DNA of 56,469 nt from Oscillospiraceae bacterium (GCA_045642545.1 JAZUJB010000096.1:1-56469), one strand, 5' to 3'; shown: positions 1 to 9,424, counted from the stretch's first letter. The notes: generated from the letters alone by a model not told the origin. Numbers and translations are program-made.

Positions 1-20
1 TTGGTGTGTTCCAAATGCAG

Positions 21-136
<116 letters not shown>

Positions 137-172
137 TCAAAGGGTTTGGCGCAAGTCAAGCCCTTTGCTTTT

Positions 173-248
<76 letters not shown>

Positions 249-295
249 AGATGGTATTGCCGTCACAAGTTAATGTGACGGCAATACTGCCATAA

Positions 296-372
296 GGGCC
301 TTTAGCTCAGTTGGTTAGAGCAACCGGCTCATAACCGGTCGGTCTGGGGTTCGAGTCCCTGAAGGCCCACCA
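296..372 (+). tRNA. tRNA with CAT anticodon, probably tRNA-Ile2 (lysidine-modified) rather than elongator or initiator Met
   Basis: 77-nt cloverleaf: acceptor GGGCCTT/AAGGCCC, anticodon stem ACCGG/CCGGT, loop CTCATAA, encoded CCA. It lacks initiator features (no GGG/CCC anticodon stem, and 1:72 is paired). From memory, the overall sequence resembles ileX-type tRNAs. Confidence 0.85.
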
Positions 373-380
373 CAATATAT

Positions 381-456
381 AGGGGAATAGCTCAGCTGGT
401 AGAGCGGCGGTCTCCAAAACCGTAGGCCGAGGGTTCGAAGCCTTCTTCCCCTGCCA
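381..456 (+). tRNA. tRNA-Trp (anticodon CCA)
   Basis: 76-nt cloverleaf: acceptor AGGGGAA/TTCCCCT, anticodon stem GCGGT/ACCGT, loop CTCCAAA, T loop TTCGAAG, encoded CCA. Confidence 0.92.
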
Positions 457-462
457 AACCTA

Positions 463-502
463 AGAGTATCAATGGCTTTTTGACTGTTGATACTCTTTTT
501 TT
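463..502 (+). terminator. Intrinsic terminator ending the rRNA/tRNA operon
   Basis: 10-bp stem AGAGTATCAA/TTGATACTCT followed by T7. Confidence 0.8.
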
Positions 503-560
503 ACCCAAAAAGTCGTGTAAGGCCTACGGTTTACTAAATTGATATTGTAAAAATTTTTCT

Positions 561-595
561 AAAAAAGCAGTTCATCAAATGATGAACTGCTTTTT
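561..595 (-). terminator. Bidirectional intrinsic terminator (serves the LysR gene on the minus strand)
   Basis: Stem GCAGTTCATC/GATGAACTGC with loop AAAT, flanked by A6 and T5. Confidence 0.8.
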
Positions 596-600
596 ACGCT

Positions 601-1473
601 TTAATACATATTTATAAATCGCTTTTTGGCTTCGGACATATTGCCCGTGTCCATCCAGCAGAGGTCGAGCTCGCGGGTCGGTAGGGGAGCATCAAGCTCA
701 ATTTCAAATATACTGTCATCTATTGTAGTGAACTCTCTTGTTACGCACGATATTCCGAGATTAATCCTTGCAAAGTCTACCATCAGGTCGTGTGAGCCTA
801 ATGCTATTTCGGGATTGAGTATTATACCGGATTTTTTGAAGTCGTCGTCGATTGAGCGCCTTGTGTTAGACAGCTTTTCGAGCATAATCAGAGGGTACTC
901 GCAAAGCTCATGGCGGGTTACTGTCCTGCCCTTGAGCTGAAGGTACGCGCTGCCTGCAATGAATACATCGTGAAGCTCAAGGCATTTCTTAGTTGAGAAT
1001 TTACTGTCTGCCACCGGAGAATTGACAAAAGCTACATCAAGCTTACCGGCAGAAAGCAACGCAAATGCCTCGGTGCTTGTCCGGTTTATTACCTCAAGGC
1101 GAACATTTGGGTATTGCTCATTCCAACGCTTGAGATAGGGGAGCAAATAGTGTCTTGCAACTGTATCGGCAGCACCGACTCGAAGATACCCCTCCTTAAG
1201 CTGCTTCATACGCTCAATTCGGCTTTCAGCCTCGGCGATTGTGCCGATTGCAGGTGCAATCATCGAATACAGCTGCTCTGCTTCTACGGTCGGCACTGCG
1301 GAGCGTTTGCCGCGTACAAACAGCTGCACACCGAGCAAAGCCTCAAGCTGCTTAACCGATTGGCTGACTGCACTTTGTGTAACATATAATTGACGCGCTG
1401 CCTCGGAAAATGAACTATACTCATACACAACTGCGAAAACACGGTATAAATCAAGCGAAAAGCGTTCTTTCAT
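601..1473 (-). CDS. LysR-family transcriptional regulator
   Basis: N-terminal wHTH (FSEAARQLYVTQSAVSQSVKQLE) plus a LysR substrate-binding domain. The ORF track extends to 1485, but the ATG at 1473 (MKERF) has GGTGA 5 nt upstream. Divergent from the 1602 gene. Confidence 0.85.
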   Translation of the reverse strand: MKERFSLDLYRVFAVVYEYSSFSEAARQLYVTQSAVSQSVKQLEALLGVQLFVRGKRSAVPTVEAEQLYSMIAPAIGTIAEAESRIERMKQLKEGYLRVGAADTVARHYLLPYLKRWNEQYPNVRLEVINRTSTEAFALLSAGKLDVAFVNSPVADSKFSTKKCLELHDVFIAGSAYLQLKGRTVTRHELCEYPLIMLEKLSNTRRSIDDDFKKSGIILNPEIALGSHDLMVDFARINLGISCVTREFTTIDDSIFEIELDAPLPTRELDLCWMDTGNMSEAKKRFINMY

Positions 1474-1601
1474 TTTATCACCCATTAGATTTACTTATGA
1501 TAACAGTATAAAAAAGAACTTTTCTTATGTCAAGACTTGTATTATAATATAGAAGCAAAGGCAAAAGTTTTCCCAAAAATATTATTAGCCGACAAGGCGG
1601 A

Positions 1602-2804
1602 ATGGAGAACAAAATGGAAAGAACAATCGGCACGGTAGTACGCGGCGTCAGAGCTCCCATCATTCGTCAGGGCGACGATCTTGCACAGATAGTAACTGAC
1701 AGTGTTGTAAACTGCATCAAGGCAGAGAACATTACAATCGGCCAGAAGGATATCGTAGCAGTAACTGAGTCCATCGTTGCAAGAGCACAGGGCAACTATG
1801 CAGATGTCAACGCAATTGCTGAGGACATAAAGGCAAAATTCCCCTCCGGTCATGTCGGCGTAATCTTCCCCATCCTGAGCAGAAACAGATTTGCAATCTG
1901 CCTGCGCGGTATTGCAAAGGGCTGCAAGAAGATTACCCTTATGCTCAGCTACCCCTCCGACGAAGTCGGCAATCATCTGTTTGACATTGATATGCTCGAT
2001 GAAAAGGGCGTTGACCCCTACACCGATGTCCTGAGCGAGGAAAAGTACCGCGAGCTGTTCGGCTTCATTATGCATCCGTTCACAGGCGTTGACTATGTTG
2101 CATACTACAAGCAGCTTATTACCGACTGCGGCTGCGAGTGCGAAATCGTATTCGCAAACAAGGCAGCAGCAATCCTTGACTACACCAAGGATGTTCTGTG
2201 CTGCGACATTCACACCAGAGCACGCACCAAGCGCCTGCTCAAGAAGAACGGCGCTGAGACCGTCTACGGTCTTGACGACATTATGACCGCACCAGTAAAC
2301 GGCAGCGGCTACAACGATTTCTGCGGCCTTCTCGGCTCCAACAAGGCAACTGAGGATACCGTAAAGCTGTTCCCCATCAACTGCCAGGAGTTCGTTGAGC
2401 GTGTTCAGAAGCTGCTCTACGAAAAGACCGGCAAGAGCATCGAAGTAATGATTTACGGCGACGGCGCATTCAAGGACCCCATCGGCAAAATCTGGGAGCT
2501 GGCTGACCCCGTAGTATCTCCCGGCTACACCGCAGGCCTTGCAGGCACTCCCAACGAGCTCAAGCTCAAGTACCTTGCAGACAATGACTTCGCTGATCTG
2601 TCCGGCGACGAGCTGAAGGCAGCTATCTCCGAGAAGATTAAGGCAAAGGACGCTGACCTTAAGGGCGATATGGCATCCGAGGGTACAACCCCGAGAAAAC
2701 TCACCGACCTTATCGGTTCCCTCTGCGACCTGACCTCAGGCAGCGGCGACAAGGGCACCCCGATTATCTACATCCAGGGCTACTTCGACAACTACACCAA
2801 GTGA
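1602..2804 (+). CDS. Coenzyme F420:L-glutamate ligase-like (CofE/FbiB-family fold) protein of unknown role, 400 aa
   Basis: The N-terminus (GVRAPIIRQGDDLAQIV...DIVAVTESIVARAQGN) matches the CofE-family pattern from memory. The alternative start at 1614 is preceded by GGAG. Confidence 0.5.
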   Translation: MENKMERTIGTVVRGVRAPIIRQGDDLAQIVTDSVVNCIKAENITIGQKDIVAVTESIVARAQGNYADVNAIAEDIKAKFPSGHVGVIFPILSRNRFAICLRGIAKGCKKITLMLSYPSDEVGNHLFDIDMLDEKGVDPYTDVLSEEKYRELFGFIMHPFTGVDYVAYYKQLITDCGCECEIVFANKAAAILDYTKDVLCCDIHTRARTKRLLKKNGAETVYGLDDIMTAPVNGSGYNDFCGLLGSNKATEDTVKLFPINCQEFVERVQKLLYEKTGKSIEVMIYGDGAFKDPIGKIWELADPVVSPGYTAGLAGTPNELKLKYLADNDFADLSGDELKAAISEKIKAKDADLKGDMASEGTTPRKLTDLIGSLCDLTSGSGDKGTPIIYIQGYFDNYTK

Positions 2805-2812
2805 TAATACAG

Positions 2813-2843
2813 ACAGCACCGTCAAATGACGGTGCTGTTTTTT
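2813..2843 (+). terminator. Intrinsic terminator
   Basis: Stem ACAGCACCGTC/GACGGTGCTGT followed by T6. Confidence 0.8.
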
Positions 2844-2852
2844 GTGCTGCGC

Positions 2853-2881
2853 TTGACGGAAGATGACGATTAATCTATAAT
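2853..2881 (+). promoter_or_regulatory. Sigma-A type promoter for the 2910 gene
   Basis: TTGACG, 17 nt, TATAAT. Confidence 0.55.
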
Positions 2882-2909
2882 CAGCGTATAATATCTAAGG
2901 AGCGGTAAA

Positions 2910-3314
2910 ATGAGAAAATGTGAGCATTGCAGAAATATGATACCGGAGGGGATGAAGATATGCCCGCACTGCGGTCTTCTTCCGCCGACGCTATATCCTC
3001 AGTTCTTTCTGTATCTTGCGCTTACACTGATTGCGGCATTCGCGGCATTTTACTACAGACCGTTTCTGAACGGACCTGCACTCGGCGAAGCGGCTGCAGG
3101 AACGCTATGGGTTGCATTCTGCATCTTTGCGGTTTTCGTGCTGATATTCGGCTTCGTAAGCGCAGTGCTGTTCAGGGCATACAAGAACCGCAGCTACAAG
3201 GGCAAGCTTACAAAGGCCGAGCGCGATTATTTCATCCGAATGAAAAAGCATATCGAGGCCGGAAATCATAAGTATGAGGGCAAGTATTGCGCAGTATGCG
3301 GCCATAGAAAATAA
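2910..3314 (+). CDS. Zinc-ribbon membrane protein (hypothetical)
   Basis: N-terminal CxxC-x12-CxxC (CEHC...CPHC), two hydrophobic helices, and a C-terminal CAVCGH. RBS AAGGAG lies upstream. Confidence 0.6.
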   Translation: MRKCEHCRNMIPEGMKICPHCGLLPPTLYPQFFLYLALTLIAAFAAFYYRPFLNGPALGEAAAGTLWVAFCIFAVFVLIFGFVSAVLFRAYKNRSYKGKLTKAERDYFIRMKKHIEAGNHKYEGKYCAVCGHRK

Positions 3315-3320
3315 AGCAAT

Positions 3321-3358
3321 AAAAAAACAGGTATTGGTTTTACCAATACCTGTTTTTG
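3321..3358. terminator. Bidirectional intrinsic terminator between convergent genes
   Basis: Stem ACAGGTATTGG/CCAATACCTGT flanked by A7 and T5. Confidence 0.85.
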
Positions 3359-3369
3359 TTGTCAGTAAA

Positions 3370-4572
3370 TCAAATCTGCGCAAATGCCTGCTCAAAGTCT
3401 GCGATAATGTCATCAACATTTTCCAGACCGACGGACAGACGGATAAGACCTGCGGAGATGCCTGCAGCCTTGAGGTCCTCGGGACCGTAGGTGGAGTGGG
3501 TCATGGATGCGGGATGCTCAACGAGGGTTTCTGCATCGCCGAGAGAAACTGCGATGGTGCACAGGTGCAGGGAGTTGCAGAACTTCATGCCGGCTTCCTT
3601 GCCGCCCTTGATTTCGAAGGAAATCATACCGCCGAAGTCGTTCATCTGGCGTTTTGCAATCTCGTGGCCGGGATGAGAGGGCAGACCGGGGTAGTTTACA
3701 TGCTCGACCTTGTCGTTGTTGTACAGGTACTCAGCAATCTTCTTTGCGCTTGCGGTGTGGCGTGCAACGCGCAGCTCGAGGGTCTTGAGACCGCGGAGAA
3801 TGAGCCATGCCACGAAGGGTCCGAGGGTTGCGCCGGTCATATCCTTAAGACCGAACATCTTTACACGGGAGATAAATTCAGCAGAGCCTACAACAAATCC
3901 CGCGATAACATCGCCGTGGCCGTTGAGGTACTTGGTTGCGGAGTGAACAACTACATCAGCGCCGAGCTTGAGGGGATTCTGGAGTGCGGGGGAAGCAAAG
4001 GTGTTGTCGCAGACAACCTTGATGTCCTTGTTGTACTCGTGAGCGGTCTTTGCAAGCAGCTCAATGTCGGTAATCTTGAGGTTGGGGTTTGCGGGAGTCT
4101 CGAGATATACGGCAACGGTGTTCTCCTTGAGGTTTGCCTTGAGGTTTTCAAGCTTGCTGAGGTCGGTGAAGGTGACTTCAACGCCGTACTCAGTCAGACC
4201 GTGGTTGAGAAGTGCGAAGGTGCAGCCGTAAAGGGTTTCGTCAGCAATGATGTGCTTGCCTGCGCCTGCGATTGACCAGAGGCAGGAGGAGATAGCACCC
4301 ATGCCGGAAGCAGCTGCTGCGCATGCCTCGCCGCCTTCGAGAGCAGCAATCTTGTTCTCAAGAACAGATGTGGTGGGGTTGCCGAGACGGCTGTAGATGT
4401 AACCGCCCTCTTCACCTGCAAAACGACGGCCGCCCTGTTCGCAGTCTTCGAAGTAGAAGGTAGAGGTCTGGTAGATAGGCATAGTCAGGGAACCGTACTG
4501 AGTGTCTCTGATGTTGCCTGCGTGTACTGCGCGAGTACCGAAACCGGCTTTTTCGAGCATTTCTTTGTCCAT
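3370..4572 (-). CDS. Cys/Met-metabolism PLP-dependent enzyme, most like L-methionine gamma-lyase
   Basis: Family motifs are present: TRAVHAG, YSRLGNPT, and SATKYLNGHGDV (PLP lysine). The start at 4572 (MDKEML) has GGAG 8 nt upstream. The ORF track starts at 4590. Confidence 0.8.
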   Translation of the reverse strand: MDKEMLEKAGFGTRAVHAGNIRDTQYGSLTMPIYQTSTFYFEDCEQGGRRFAGEEGGYIYSRLGNPTTSVLENKIAALEGGEACAAAASGMGAISSCLWSIAGAGKHIIADETLYGCTFALLNHGLTEYGVEVTFTDLSKLENLKANLKENTVAVYLETPANPNLKITDIELLAKTAHEYNKDIKVVCDNTFASPALQNPLKLGADVVVHSATKYLNGHGDVIAGFVVGSAEFISRVKMFGLKDMTGATLGPFVAWLILRGLKTLELRVARHTASAKKIAEYLYNNDKVEHVNYPGLPSHPGHEIAKRQMNDFGGMISFEIKGGKEAGMKFCNSLHLCTIAVSLGDAETLVEHPASMTHSTYGPEDLKAAGISAGLIRLSVGLENVDDIIADFEQAFAQI

Positions 4573-4624
4573 TACTTTTTCTCCATTCATATGTATTTTT
4601 TTGGTTTTTAAAGTTCGTAGCTTT

Positions 4625-4653
4625 ATTATAAAATATTACTAATTTATTGTCAA
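4625..4653 (-). promoter_or_regulatory. Consensus sigma-A promoter for the gamma-lyase gene
   Basis: The minus strand reads TTGACA, 17 nt, TATAAT. The leader is only about 45 nt. Confidence 0.65.
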
Positions 4654-4721
4654 TGAGTAGTAGAAAATTTGTGCAATGTTGTGCGATTTAAAGCAGTGCA
4701 GTGCAAAAGTGCTTTGAATGT

Positions 4722-4758
4722 AAAAAACAAAAGACCGCAGCCAATTCGGACTGCGGCC
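4722..4758 (-). terminator. Intrinsic terminator of the htrA-like gene
   Basis: The minus strand has a GGCCGCAG...CTGCGGTC hairpin followed by TTTTGTTTTTT. Confidence 0.75.
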
Positions 4759-4814
4759 TTCTGTTTAGAGAAATAGAGAGGATGTAGGAAAAAATCGGAT
4801 TATCATTTTTAGTG

Positions 4815-6206
4815 TCAGCCGCCAAACTGCGGATGAGTTGACAGACCTGATTCGTCTACGCCGTTTGAGTCTGCATTCGGCTTGGACTCGTCAAAGGTTA
4901 CGGTGAGAGTTACATAGTCGTTGTTGCGATAGACAATAATATCTGCCGTATCGCCTGCCTTGTACTGGCGGATTGCGGAGCTGAGGTCCTCATAGCCTGC
5001 AATGTCGTCATCGCCGAGCTTGGTGATGATGTCGCCGGAGGATAAGCCGCATTTTTCTGCGCAGCTTCCGCTTTCAACATTGAATACATAAGCGCCCTCG
5101 GGCATCTTGTAGTATTCGGCGTAAACGGAGGTGTAGCGGTTGTCGATGTTTGCGCCGAGGTAAGCCTTGCCGGTAACATAGCCCTTGGTGATAAGGTCGT
5201 TTGCGATGTCAACGGCATCGTTGATGGGAATTGCAAAGCCGAGACCTTCAACACCTGTTGAGCTGTACTTTGCGGTAACAACGCCGATAACCTCACCCTT
5301 TGCGTTGTACAGAGGTCCGCCGGAGTTGCCGGAGTTTACTGCCGCGTCAAATTGGAACATGCTGATTGCGGGAGTGTTTGAGCCGGTGGTGATGCTGCGG
5401 TCGAGTGCGCTGACATGACCGGTGGTCATTGTGAATGCAAGCTCACCGAGGGGATTACCGATTGCGTAGACCTCTTCGCCGACCTGAATATTCTCACTGT
5501 CGCCGACATTTACGGGATTAAGACCTGTTGCGTCAATCTTGAGGACGGCAATATCGTTGCCGGCTTCAACGCCGACGATGGTTGCATCGTAAACAGTGCC
5601 GTCGTGAATCATAACGGAAACCTTGTAGTTGTACTTGTATGCGTACTCGATTACATGGTAGTTGGTGATGATGTAGCCGTCTGCGGTTACGATAAAGCCG
5701 GAGCCGGTTACTGCGCTGGAACTGGTCTGTCCGAACCAGTTTGTTGTCGTAACCTCGGTGGTGATACCGACGGCCTGGCTGCAGCCTAAGGAGTAGATGT
5801 TGTTTGTTGCCTTTGCGGAGGAACTTGAGGAGGTACCCTCGAGGCTGCCTGCAATGGGCTTTTCGGTCTCGCTCAACACACCTGTGTTGTTATCGAGAAC
5901 CTTGTATGAAATAAAACCGCCTGCAATACCGCCTATGAGAGCGCAGGCAAGGCAAAGACCTGCGATTTTGTAGAACTTTGCTTTTTTCTCGCATTTGTTT
6001 TTCTTTTCCTTGGGCTTTTTCTCGGTGGGTACATAGTAGTTGGGAACATCGGTATCCTCCGAGCAGGGAACAAACTTTGCGTCCTCGTAGAGATTTTTCT
6101 CAGGTCTGACGAAATGGTATTCGCCGTCCTCAGAATTCTGAGGGGCATTCTCTTCAACCTCGTTTACGGAAGAGTCTTCGTTATTGGTGTAATTATTCTC
6201 GTCCAT
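4815..6206 (-). CDS. htrA: HtrA/DegP-family (S1C) serine protease with PDZ domain, membrane anchored
   Basis: Acidic N-terminal tail, a TM helix (IAGLCLACALIGGIAGGF), the trypsin-like motif GNSGGPL, and a C-terminal PDZ-like region. Confidence 0.88.
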   Translation of the reverse strand: MDENNYTNNEDSSVNEVEENAPQNSEDGEYHFVRPEKNLYEDAKFVPCSEDTDVPNYYVPTEKKPKEKKNKCEKKAKFYKIAGLCLACALIGGIAGGFISYKVLDNNTGVLSETEKPIAGSLEGTSSSSSAKATNNIYSLGCSQAVGITTEVTTTNWFGQTSSSAVTGSGFIVTADGYIITNYHVIEYAYKYNYKVSVMIHDGTVYDATIVGVEAGNDIAVLKIDATGLNPVNVGDSENIQVGEEVYAIGNPLGELAFTMTTGHVSALDRSITTGSNTPAISMFQFDAAVNSGNSGGPLYNAKGEVIGVVTAKYSSTGVEGLGFAIPINDAVDIANDLITKGYVTGKAYLGANIDNRYTSVYAEYYKMPEGAYVFNVESGSCAEKCGLSSGDIITKLGDDDIAGYEDLSSAIRQYKAGDTADIIVYRNNDYVTLTVTFDESKPNADSNGVDESGLSTHPQFGG

Positions 6207-6300
6207 AACAGCCTCCGCTGTACAAAATAATTTTGTGATTATATATTACCCCAACTTTATTACAAAGGCGTGAACAAAAGCTAAAGAATTTTTAAATAAG

Positions 6301-6330
6301 AAAGCCGTTGGAATTACTTCCAACGGCTTT
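6301..6330 (-). terminator. Hairpin terminator after the ABC permease gene
   Basis: 13-bp stem AAAGCCGTTGGAA/TTCCAACGGCTTT with loop TTAC. The U-tract is weak. Confidence 0.5.
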
Positions 6331-6337
6331 CTGGCTG

Positions 6338-8179
6338 TTATTTGAACATCTGTGCAAGGTCGATGTTCAGATTGTCCTTTATCCACTGAATGCAATGCGT
6401 GCATTCGGGGCCGATTGTAATATACATAGAGTCGTAGATTTCTTCGGTTTTACCGTTAGACTGCTTTTCAAGAGCAAGGAAATCAAAGCTTACTTCAGCG
6501 TACACATTTGTGTAAATCTCGGAACCGACAATCCTTTTAGCACCGTCTTTAATGTCGGGAATAAGAGCATTGTGGTAGAAATCAACTGCCTGCTCGGAAG
6601 TCAGCTCAATGTCAAGACAGTCAACATAGTTTTCGTCCCGCACTGAAGCGATGTTTCCGTTTTCATCAAAGAATACATTGTCTGCGGAAAGATGGAAATA
6701 AGCAGAGTAAATGTTCTGCTCTTTTACCTCAATAGAGGGAGTGAATCTTTTGAGAACATTGTCGGGCGAGTTGATTACATCACAGAAAGCCTTGTAGTTT
6801 TCGTCATCGGTTATGGTGTAAGAGCGGGCAATTGTTCTTCCGTCCTTGAGACTATACCTGATGTCAATATATTCTGTTCTTTCAGAGTCGGTTTTATCAA
6901 GGTCAGCATACTTGTCGCGGTCATCGATTATAGCCTTGTTTGCCGCGATAAGCTTTTCAATATCGCTGCTGTCTGTGATGATTAGAGCCTCGTCGGAGTA
7001 GACGATACATTCAACATCGTCTGCATCGGGGAGATTTTTTGCAATGCCGAACACATCAAGGTCGCAGCAGAAAGCAAATACCGCGCAGCAGAAGGCGAGA
7101 ATAATAAATCCAACCCAGTTGCCGCGGAAAACATGGAAGCTCTTCTTGAGCAGCATCTCCGATGCAAAGTAGCCGATGAATGCACCGATAATCATACCGA
7201 CAATGAGAGCAAAGACCTTAAATACGCTGCTGACAAATACTGAGGTGAGGATTACATAGAAAAACAGTCCGAAGCAAATTGCGGCACAAACTGCAACGCC
7301 GTATTTGAAGACGGGGTATATACGGGGAACTGAGACTACATCGCCCGAGGTCTCCATTCTGTGCTTGCGGTAAACAAGCAGAGCGAGAACGGAAAGAGCA
7401 ATGCCGACTGCAAAGTAAATGAGCACATACGAAAGACCGTTAAATGCAACATCGATTACTTCGTCAATGACTCCGTCGATAGTGCCGTATGTTATGCATT
7501 CCATATCTACTCTGCCGAACAAGAAGATAATGGGGGAGAGAAACTCAAGTGTGTGGGCAGAGGTGTCTGCAAAGCCGAACACAAACTGACCGAAGATGAC
7601 GCGGATAATCTGCTCCATACCGAGAAACAGAAAATTGAATATTATATAGAGCACGGGCAGGGCAACAAGATTGCTTGTCATCATTGCAATGAAAACTGCA
7701 ATGCCGTAGAAGATGACGAAGTACATTGTGTTGCCTGCAAGCCACATTAAGTTGGCCTTGAGAATAATTGCGGTGCTTGCGTGCGCACCGAGGGTGAAGA
7801 CAAAATTGAGTGCGGCAATTAAAATATTTGCAGCAACTATCGGCAGAAGACCTGCAAGGTATGCCGAACAGAAAACTGCCTCGCGGCGTACGGGCATTGA
7901 GGCAATCAGACCGGTGCTGCGTGAGCTATACAGGAAACTGAACATTGCCATTGCAACCAGAATTGCCAGGATAAAGGAGGAAATTATTTCACCGTAGAAC
8001 AATTGCTGAAGTGAGCTGAGGTAGTAGGGGGTGGAAACAAGGTCCTGCATCCTCTGCACCAGGGTGACAAGAGGAAAGCTTACAAACCAGCCTGCAAAAT
8101 ACGCTGCCCACAGCGGCCAGAAGCGCTTGAGCATGCTTTTGAAAATACCTGCGTTAAAGAACGATATCTTTGACTTCAT
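6338..8179 (-). CDS. ABC-2-type transporter permease with a large C-terminal non-membrane domain (YtrA-operon type)
   Basis: Multiple TM helices in the N-terminal ~400 aa. The start at 8179 (MKSKISFF) is preceded by GGAGGTG and overlaps the ATPase stop by 26 nt. Confidence 0.75.
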   Translation of the reverse strand: MKSKISFFNAGIFKSMLKRFWPLWAAYFAGWFVSFPLVTLVQRMQDLVSTPYYLSSLQQLFYGEIISSFILAILVAMAMFSFLYSSRSTGLIASMPVRREAVFCSAYLAGLLPIVAANILIAALNFVFTLGAHASTAIILKANLMWLAGNTMYFVIFYGIAVFIAMMTSNLVALPVLYIIFNFLFLGMEQIIRVIFGQFVFGFADTSAHTLEFLSPIIFLFGRVDMECITYGTIDGVIDEVIDVAFNGLSYVLIYFAVGIALSVLALLVYRKHRMETSGDVVSVPRIYPVFKYGVAVCAAICFGLFFYVILTSVFVSSVFKVFALIVGMIIGAFIGYFASEMLLKKSFHVFRGNWVGFIILAFCCAVFAFCCDLDVFGIAKNLPDADDVECIVYSDEALIITDSSDIEKLIAANKAIIDDRDKYADLDKTDSERTEYIDIRYSLKDGRTIARSYTITDDENYKAFCDVINSPDNVLKRFTPSIEVKEQNIYSAYFHLSADNVFFDENGNIASVRDENYVDCLDIELTSEQAVDFYHNALIPDIKDGAKRIVGSEIYTNVYAEVSFDFLALEKQSNGKTEEIYDSMYITIGPECTHCIQWIKDNLNIDLAQMFK

Positions 8180-9047
8180 AGTCTGCACCTCCCAGCTCAT
8201 AAATGAAAATTTCCTCAAGTGTAAGCGGTACTACATCGATAAACAGAGGATTTGCGGTGTTGAGCTTTGCAATAAGCTCATCGCGGTTGCCATGCATGAT
8301 AAGCGACTGAAGTCTGCCCGTGCTTGCGCTGTGCAGAATGTCAAGACCCTCGGGAAGTGCGGCACCGTCGGGCAGGGCAAGCTGAATTTTCACTATGTTC
8401 TCCTGCAGGTCGTTAAGACTGCGCTCAATCATAATTTTGCCCTTGTTCATAATGCCGACATGGTCGCACACATCCTCAAGCTCGCGCAGGTTGTGCGAGG
8501 AAACGAGAACGGTTGTGCCGTTTTCGGCAACATCGGCCATGATAATGCTCCAAATCTGACGGCGCATTACCGGGTCAAGACCGTCAACGGGCTCGTCGAG
8601 GATAAGTATGTCGGGACGGAGAGAAACCGCCATCCAGAAAGCCGCCTGTTTCTGCATACCCTTGCTCAAACGGCGCATCTGACGCTTCGGGTCAAGGTTG
8701 AAAACCTCACCGAGCTTCTTGAAGCGAGCCTTGTCAAAGTTGGGGTAGATGCTGCGGTAGAAATCCATCATTTCTCTGATGTTGGCATTTGAAAAATAGA
8801 AAATATCATCGGGAATATAGGCAATGCGGCTTTTAACTGCGGGATTTTCGAAAATCCTTTCACCGTCAACGGTGATTTCGCCCGAATCCTGAAGATATAT
8901 ACCCGTCAGATGACGGATTATAGTGGACTTGCCTGCGCCGTTCGGACCGACAAGACCGTAAACAGAGCCCTTGGGCACTGTCATTGTCAGGTTGTCGAGT
9001 GCGCGGAAGCCGTCAAACTCTTTTATAACATTTCTGACTTCAATCAT
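8154..9047 (-). CDS. ABC transporter ATP-binding protein
   Basis: Walker A GPNGAGKST, signature LSKGMQ, and Walker B ILILDEP. Confidence 0.9.
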   Translation of the reverse strand: MIEVRNVIKEFDGFRALDNLTMTVPKGSVYGLVGPNGAGKSTIIRHLTGIYLQDSGEITVDGERIFENPAVKSRIAYIPDDIFYFSNANIREMMDFYRSIYPNFDKARFKKLGEVFNLDPKRQMRRLSKGMQKQAAFWMAVSLRPDILILDEPVDGLDPVMRRQIWSIIMADVAENGTTVLVSSHNLRELEDVCDHVGIMNKGKIMIERSLNDLQENIVKIQLALPDGAALPEGLDILHSASTGRLQSLIMHGNRDELIAKLNTANPLFIDVVPLTLEEIFIYELGGADYEVKDIVL

Positions 9048-9051
9048 ACGC

Positions 9052-9405
9052 TTATTCTCCTTTCAGGCGCGAAATAAGAATTTCCTTATCTACGCCGATG
9101 TAGCCGAGCTCCGTGACGAGCTCATCAAATTTTCCGAGCAACTCCTTCTGCCTTGCAAGGTCGGCCTCGTCTTTTGCACAGACAAAGCTGCCCTTACCTG
9201 CAACGGAGCAGATATAACCCTCGGCCTCAAGCTCGCGGTAAGCGCGCTGAATGGTGCTCGGGTTAATGGCAAGCTCAGACGCCATCTCGCGTACTGAGGG
9301 AATTTTGCTGTCAGCAGCAAGAATTCCCGAAACAATCAGTCTGCGGAGATTGTCCTTTATCTGCTCATAAATAGGTCGCGGGTCTCGGAAGTTTATATCA
9401 ATCAT
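9052..9405 (-). CDS. GntR-family (YtrA-subfamily) transcriptional repressor
   Basis: Short GntR wHTH (IYEQIKDNLRRLIVSG...LPSVREMASELAINPSTIQRAYRELE). The start at 9405 (MIDINF) is preceded by GGAGGG. The ORF track's 9504 start is unlikely. Confidence 0.85.
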   Translation of the reverse strand: MIDINFRDPRPIYEQIKDNLRRLIVSGILAADSKIPSVREMASELAINPSTIQRAYRELEAEGYICSVAGKGSFVCAKDEADLARQKELLGKFDELVTELGYIGVDKEILISRLKGE

Positions 9406-9424
9406 AAATATCCCTCCAAGCTGA

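Noticed and set aside
3274-4275. Long ORFs antisense to well-supported genes. Examples: 3274-4275 opposite the gamma-lyase gene, 25952-26863 opposite potA, 43653-44435 opposite thiN/mnmG, 47592-48416 opposite guaB, 49393-50355 opposite cysK/cysE, and 55554-56201 opposite the oxidoreductase.
   Set aside because: Their translations are low-complexity and rich in Val/Ala/Cys/Leu, with no recognisable motifs and no RBS. The opposite strand carries unmistakable family signatures. They are a typical by-product of codon bias.
4573-4814. S-box (SAM) riboswitch or T-box upstream of the methionine gamma-lyase gene.
   Set aside because: The consensus promoter leaves only about a 45-nt leader. The rest of the spacer is the htrA terminator and upstream repeats. 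No S-box or T-box conserved helices are present.
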